Shown here: one piece after another, positions 28,417 to 32,000 of the stretch | Layout: every line of letters begins with the position of its first letter | Position numbering within the stretch: position 1 is the first letter of the stretch | Source: Psychrobacter sp. HD31 | GTDB taxonomy: Bacteria; Pseudomonadota; Gammaproteobacteria; Pseudomonadales; Moraxellaceae | Length of the DNA stretch: 32,000 bases | Reading direction: 5' to 3' | NCBI RefSeq assembly: GCF_051097895.1 | Contig: NZ_CP142525.1 | Coordinates: 180,001 to 212,000 of the forward strand | The notes under the pieces: generated by a model | Database searches by the model: none | The model's input: the letters and a program-made list of their open reading frames with translations, nothing else | Told to the model about the DNA's origin: nothing | Translations under genes and position numbers: made by a program

Positions 28417-30078
28417 TTAGTCATGGGCGTGGTTGCTCGAATGCTCATCGGAATAACGCTCAACTAAAATAAAGATTAAAGCAGAACAAATCAGCAATAT
28501 AAAGGCGGTTACGGCTGCCTCATTGCTACGATAGTTGCCTAATTGTTGATATAACAAATGAGGCAAAGAGGTAAAGTTTTGATTACCAAACAAAGCGATG
28601 GCAGTAAAATCACCTAACGATAAAGCGGTTGCCAATGCCCATGCACTCAATAAAGGTTGTTTTATGCTTTGCCACTCAACATATTTAAAACGGTTGATTG
28701 CACGAATGCCCAAAGACTGGCATAACCGCTCATAATAAACCATATTATTGTACATAGGCTGTGCCATTATACGCAATGCAAAGGGCATTGCCATGAGTGC
28801 ATTACAAACAACAATGATGCTAAACAAAATGGGGGTTGCCATACTAAATTTTTGTAGCATTAAAAACAAACCAACTGCCAACACCAATGTTGGTATCGAG
28901 AGTATCATCATACCCGTATTAACCACATTATTGGCTAGTTTATTTAAACCTACCCAGTAAAACTGCCTTGCTCCCATTAATAGCATAATAGTAAAAAATA
29001 GGCTTAAGATACCGGCACATATTGCAATACACAATGAAAACCCAGCAGCCACCCATAGCCTAGGGTTTTGTAATGAGGTTACCCAAGCGTTTATATCGGT
29101 GGCTTTAAGCATAACATTGAGTAAGGGTAGCGCTGTAAACAATACGGCAAAAATGAGTATAAAACCTTGTGCGATGTGATAAGGTTTAGCAAAAGGTACT
29201 TTGTATGGTTGGCTATTATTGACCATGGTTTTGGTATCACTAGATAAATAGGTACTGATCCAAAATAATACAAAGCAAAAACCAAATTGTAGCAAAGCTA
29301 GTAACCCTGCAAGCTTTAACTCAAAATTAAAAGTAACGGCCTGATATATTGCCACCTCTAGCGTTGTGTACTTTGGGCTACCACCAAGGGTTAACACAAT
29401 GGTAAAGCTAGTAAAACATAGCATAAATACCAAAGTAAAAATGGGGAGTAATTGCTGGCGTATATAAGCCCATTCTACTAAGCGGAAAAAATTAAAATTG
29501 GTAATACCCAGTTGTGCAGACAACTTGCGTTGTTGGTTGGGGATGGATTGTAAAGCGTTTAAAAATACTTTTGCCGATAAGGGCAAATTAAAAAACACAT
29601 GGGTAATTAAAATGCCAGATAATCCATAAATATTAGGTCGCCAATCAATACTTGACCAAGTACTCAGCCAGCCAGCTAAACTTGCCAACCAACCAGACTT
29701 TCCATAAACGCCAAGCACCCCAAAAATTGCCACTAATACGGGCAAAACCATAGACAATGAGAATAATTTTAATAATAGTTTTTTACCCAAAAAGTCGTGG
29801 TAATAAAGCGCATGTGCAGTTAATAAACCAAAGCTGATGGATAAAATAGCCGATAAAAATGCTTGAAAAAAACTAAAACCCACCACGTGGCGGATGTAGC
29901 TATCATTAACCACGCTGAGTAGGGCATTGGTTATGCTGCCCTCACTTGTAGTATTACTAAACAGTTGCCAAACAGAAGTGCCATAAAATCCAAACAAAAA
30001 AAGCATGACGGCGCATGCAAGCGTAACATCCACAAGGCGGATTTTTTTGGTTTGTCGAATTGTTGAAAGCAGATTCAT
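28417..30078 (-). CDS. thiP: Thiamine ABC transporter permease (duplicated 6+6 TM)
   Basis: It is a 553-aa polytopic protein of the size and duplicated architecture of ThiP. It lies between thiB and thiQ homologues. Confidence 0.87.
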   Translation of the reverse strand: MNLLSTIRQTKKIRLVDVTLACAVMLFLFGFYGTSVWQLFSNTTSEGSITNALLSVVNDSYIRHVVGFSFFQAFLSAILSISFGLLTAHALYYHDFLGKKLLLKLFSLSMVLPVLVAIFGVLGVYGKSGWLASLAGWLSTWSSIDWRPNIYGLSGILITHVFFNLPLSAKVFLNALQSIPNQQRKLSAQLGITNFNFFRLVEWAYIRQQLLPIFTLVFMLCFTSFTIVLTLGGSPKYTTLEVAIYQAVTFNFELKLAGLLALLQFGFCFVLFWISTYLSSDTKTMVNNSQPYKVPFAKPYHIAQGFILIFAVLFTALPLLNVMLKATDINAWVTSLQNPRLWVAAGFSLCIAICAGILSLFFTIMLLMGARQFYWVGLNKLANNVVNTGMMILSIPTLVLAVGLFLMLQKFSMATPILFSIIVVCNALMAMPFALRIMAQPMYNNMVYYERLCQSLGIRAINRFKYVEWQSIKQPLLSAWALATALSLGDFTAIALFGNQNFTSLPHLLYQQLGNYRSNEAAVTAFILLICSALIFILVERYSDEHSSNHAHD

Positions 30079-30079
30079 A

Positions 30080-30724
30080 TTAAATTAAAGTTTTTAAATC
30101 GGGTAGATTTTTTGTTAACTCTTGATAATCTTCAAATTGAGATAAACGACTAACCACGCAAGATAGAGGTTCAGCAAACACTTGAGAAAAGTCTTGTTCT
30201 CCAACATGTGTAATAGGGTATGCTAGCTGCTCAGTGGGCGGGTCAAATTTGGCAAAAATGCCTGCTTTGTTACCGCGAGGGTCTACTCGATACCATCCGT
30301 TATTGTCTTTTAAGCCTTCTACTTTTGGCAAATAAACGGCAGCCAAACCATGCAGGCAATATTCAAATTGTCCGTTTTCATTAGGCTCATCAGATAGCAC
30401 CAGTCTTTGATAACAAAGCCCAGCTGGGATGTTATTTGCGCGTAGTAATGCAACTAACAAATGGCTTTTGGCGTAGCAAAATCCATGACCAAGTTGTAAA
30501 ACATCCGAAGCACGGCAGCTTTTTCCATTTCGTTTATAATCGACACTATGCTCAATTTTATTGAGTACAAATTCAAAACAGCTTTTAGCGATGTCAATAT
30601 CAGAACTCAAGCCATTGGCTAATTTTTTAGCCATTGTTTGAATTTGTGCATCATCAAAATCAATGACTTTTGAACTTTCAAGATACGCTGCTAGTGCAGA
30701 TGTTGTTGTTAGCTTTATTGTCAT
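30080..30724 (-). CDS. Transglutaminase-like (Cys-His-Asp) superfamily protein, cytoplasmic, function unknown
   Basis: The transglutaminase core pattern is GHGFC(83)YAKSHLLVALLRANNIPAG, then LH(125)GLAAVYLP, then GWYRVD(148)PRG. There is no signal peptide. The stop TAA (30082-30080) is 1 nt from the thiP ATG (30078). Confidence 0.75.
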   Translation of the reverse strand: MTIKLTTTSALAAYLESSKVIDFDDAQIQTMAKKLANGLSSDIDIAKSCFEFVLNKIEHSVDYKRNGKSCRASDVLQLGHGFCYAKSHLLVALLRANNIPAGLCYQRLVLSDEPNENGQFEYCLHGLAAVYLPKVEGLKDNNGWYRVDPRGNKAGIFAKFDPPTEQLAYPITHVGEQDFSQVFAEPLSCVVSRLSQFEDYQELTKNLPDLKTLI

Positions 30725-30749
30725 ATTTTAGCCTATTGAATAAATAACA

Positions 30750-30799
30750 ATAGACAAGCCGTTATTTACCAAAAATATGTTAAATAAAAACTTGTCTAT
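30750..30799 (-). other. 9-bp inverted repeat in the thiB to transglutaminase-like intergenic region
   Basis: ATAGACAAG (30750-30758) pairs with CTTGTCTAT (30791-30799) around a 32-nt AT-rich loop. On the minus strand a U-rich stretch follows. Confidence 0.3.
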
Positions 30800-30815
30800 C
30801 TTTTAAAAAGTGTCT

Positions 30816-30851
30816 TTTTAAAAACTAATCACGTCAGCAATTAATGTGATT
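30816..30851 (-). terminator. Weak candidate attenuator or terminator just after thiB
   Basis: On the minus strand, AATCAC-N13-GTGATT (30851-30827) starts 1 nt after the thiB stop. AGUUUUUAAAAAG follows it. The stem is only 6 bp. Confidence 0.3.
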
Positions 30852-30852
30852 T

Positions 30853-31950
30853 TTACTTACTCACTGCGGTTTGCCAAACAGCAATTTGCGCTTTTGCGGT
30901 TTTATCATCTGGCGTTGGAACAGCCAGTGTTTTTTCAGGTACAAAAGCATCAAAATGTGGTTCAATTTCTGTATTAATAACAGGCAACATGATATTGCTA
31001 GTCGCAATGGTTTTTTGTGCTTCTGGTGTTAATAAAAATGCCATAAAGTCTTGTGCAAGTGCCGGTGTATCACTGGCTTTCAACTGAGCAGCAAGCTCAA
31101 TTTGTACAATATGCCCTTCATCAAAACTTGCGGCAACGTATTTGTCGGTATCTTCATGGATTTGATGATATAAAGGAGACGTATTGTAGCTAAGTACTAA
31201 ATCTGATTCGCCATTTTTAAAGGCTTCGTAGGTTTCTGACCAACCTTTGCCCACAGTAACCGTATGGCTTGATAGGGCTTTCCAAGCAGTTTCTGACTGA
31301 TCGCCATATACCTCATTCACCCAGGCAAGTAAACCACGCCCAACGGTGCTGGTACGAGGGTCTTGATAAATCACCGAGTAATTTTGATTGTTAACTAACT
31401 CTTTTAAGCTTTTAGGTGGGGTTTTACCATCTTTGGCAAACGCTTCTTTGTTGTAAATAAACGCATATTGCCCATAGTCATAGGGGATAAAAGTTTGGTT
31501 TGTCCATTCAATTGGCAATTCAAGGCTGCTTATATCAATGTCAGTTTTTGCAAATAAACCAGATGCCTCGGCACTGTTAAGCAAGTTGTTATCAATACCA
31601 ATAATCACATCAGCTTTTGGATTATCACCCTCTAAACGCAAACGGTTGAACATGGTAACGCCATCTTCAAAAGGTACAAAATCGATTGTACAGTTGCAGT
31701 TTGCTTCAAAAGATTCTTTTAACTTAGGTGCAGGTCCCCAGTCGGATGTAAATGAATCATAACTATAAACGGTTAGGGTTTTACCAGCGTGGCTTGTTGT
31801 GCCATTGTTGTTATCTTGTTCGTTGCTTGTTTCGCTGGTTTGCTCTGCTTGGGTTGTTGTTTCGGCAGTTTTTTGTGTATCACAGGCAGTTAGTGCCAGC
31901 AAAGATATGGATAAAGCTGATAATGCGGGAAATGAATGAAATACTTTCAT
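30853..31950 (-). CDS. thiB: Thiamine-binding periplasmic protein (lipoprotein form)
   Basis: From memory it is collinear with E. coli TbpA/ThiB: LTVYSYDSF.SDWGP.P, FEANCNC, NRLRLEG.NPKADV, IYQDPRTSTVGRGLL, KGWSE.Y..F..GESDLVLSY.TSP and W..AVS. It has the lipobox LTA|C followed by a T/S/E/Q/N-rich linker. An AAGGAAG Shine-Dalgarno is present. Confidence 0.92.
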   Translation of the reverse strand: MKVFHSFPALSALSISLLALTACDTQKTAETTTQAEQTSETSNEQDNNNGTTSHAGKTLTVYSYDSFTSDWGPAPKLKESFEANCNCTIDFVPFEDGVTMFNRLRLEGDNPKADVIIGIDNNLLNSAEASGLFAKTDIDISSLELPIEWTNQTFIPYDYGQYAFIYNKEAFAKDGKTPPKSLKELVNNQNYSVIYQDPRTSTVGRGLLAWVNEVYGDQSETAWKALSSHTVTVGKGWSETYEAFKNGESDLVLSYNTSPLYHQIHEDTDKYVAASFDEGHIVQIELAAQLKASDTPALAQDFMAFLLTPEAQKTIATSNIMLPVINTEIEPHFDAFVPEKTLAVPTPDDKTAKAQIAVWQTAVSK

Positions 31951-32000
31951 GTAGCTTCCTTTTTAAATTAATAAATAAAAAGATTAAAATAAAAAGAAAT

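Noticed and set aside
31951-32000. I looked for a TPP (THI-box) riboswitch upstream of thiB.
   Set aside because: Only 50 nt of upstream sequence fall inside the window. They contain a Shine-Dalgarno (AAGGAAG) and AT-rich sequence, with no THI-box core (CUGAGA ... ACCUGA). Presence or absence cannot be judged without sequence beyond 32000.
1-32000. I searched for tRNA/rRNA genes, CRISPR repeats, IS elements or transposases, integrases, and toxin-antitoxin or defence-system gene pairs.
   Set aside because: I found no T-loop/acceptor-like tRNA signatures. There are no regularly spaced direct repeats apart from the intragenic 30-nt repeats at 18571-18714. There are no transposase or integrase-like ORFs and no small paired ORFs. 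The window is essentially core genome with a few small inserted genes.

Overview
This 32 kb window is mostly conserved housekeeping genes on a gammaproteobacterial chromosome of moderate to low GC. Gene content and order are loosely Moraxellaceae- or Pseudomonadales-like, but the taxon call is weak. I can support about 31 protein-coding genes.

In order they are: an EEP-family nuclease/phosphatase 3' fragment, lolA, a carboxylesterase, a small orphan, rluB, and a LysR regulator divergent from leuC-(inserted gene)-leuD-leuB. Then come rsmG-parA-parB, msbA-lpxK-kdsB-holB, a GDPD phosphodiesterase and an Ala/Lys-repeat lipoprotein. The rest are a PduO-type cobalamin adenosyltransferase, cysS, guaB, glmM, pdxH, a DUF2059 protein, dapE, and a minus-strand thiamine ABC importer cluster.

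I found no tRNA or rRNA, no CRISPR array, no IS or transposase or integrase, and no recognisable defence or toxin-antitoxin module. Several clean Rho-independent terminators are visible.

The most unusual feature is the thiamine importer operon. It is thiB-X-thiP-thiQ-Y, where X is a cytoplasmic transglutaminase-fold Cys-His-Asp protein whose stop lies 1 nt from the thiP start, and Y is a 2OG-Fe(II) oxygenase with no terminator in front of it.

Other points worth a second look:
- A very AT-rich thioredoxin-fold lipoprotein gene sits between leuC and leuD.
- An AT-rich Cys-rich membrane-anchored orphan follows the esterase gene.
- A lipoprotein consists mainly of AAKKKAAE(Q/K)A repeats encoded by near-identical 30-nt DNA repeats.
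- ParB, HolB and RsmG carry lineage-specific low-complexity insertions or extensions.

Nothing here is demonstrably a new system from sequence alone. All functional ideas below are hypotheses.
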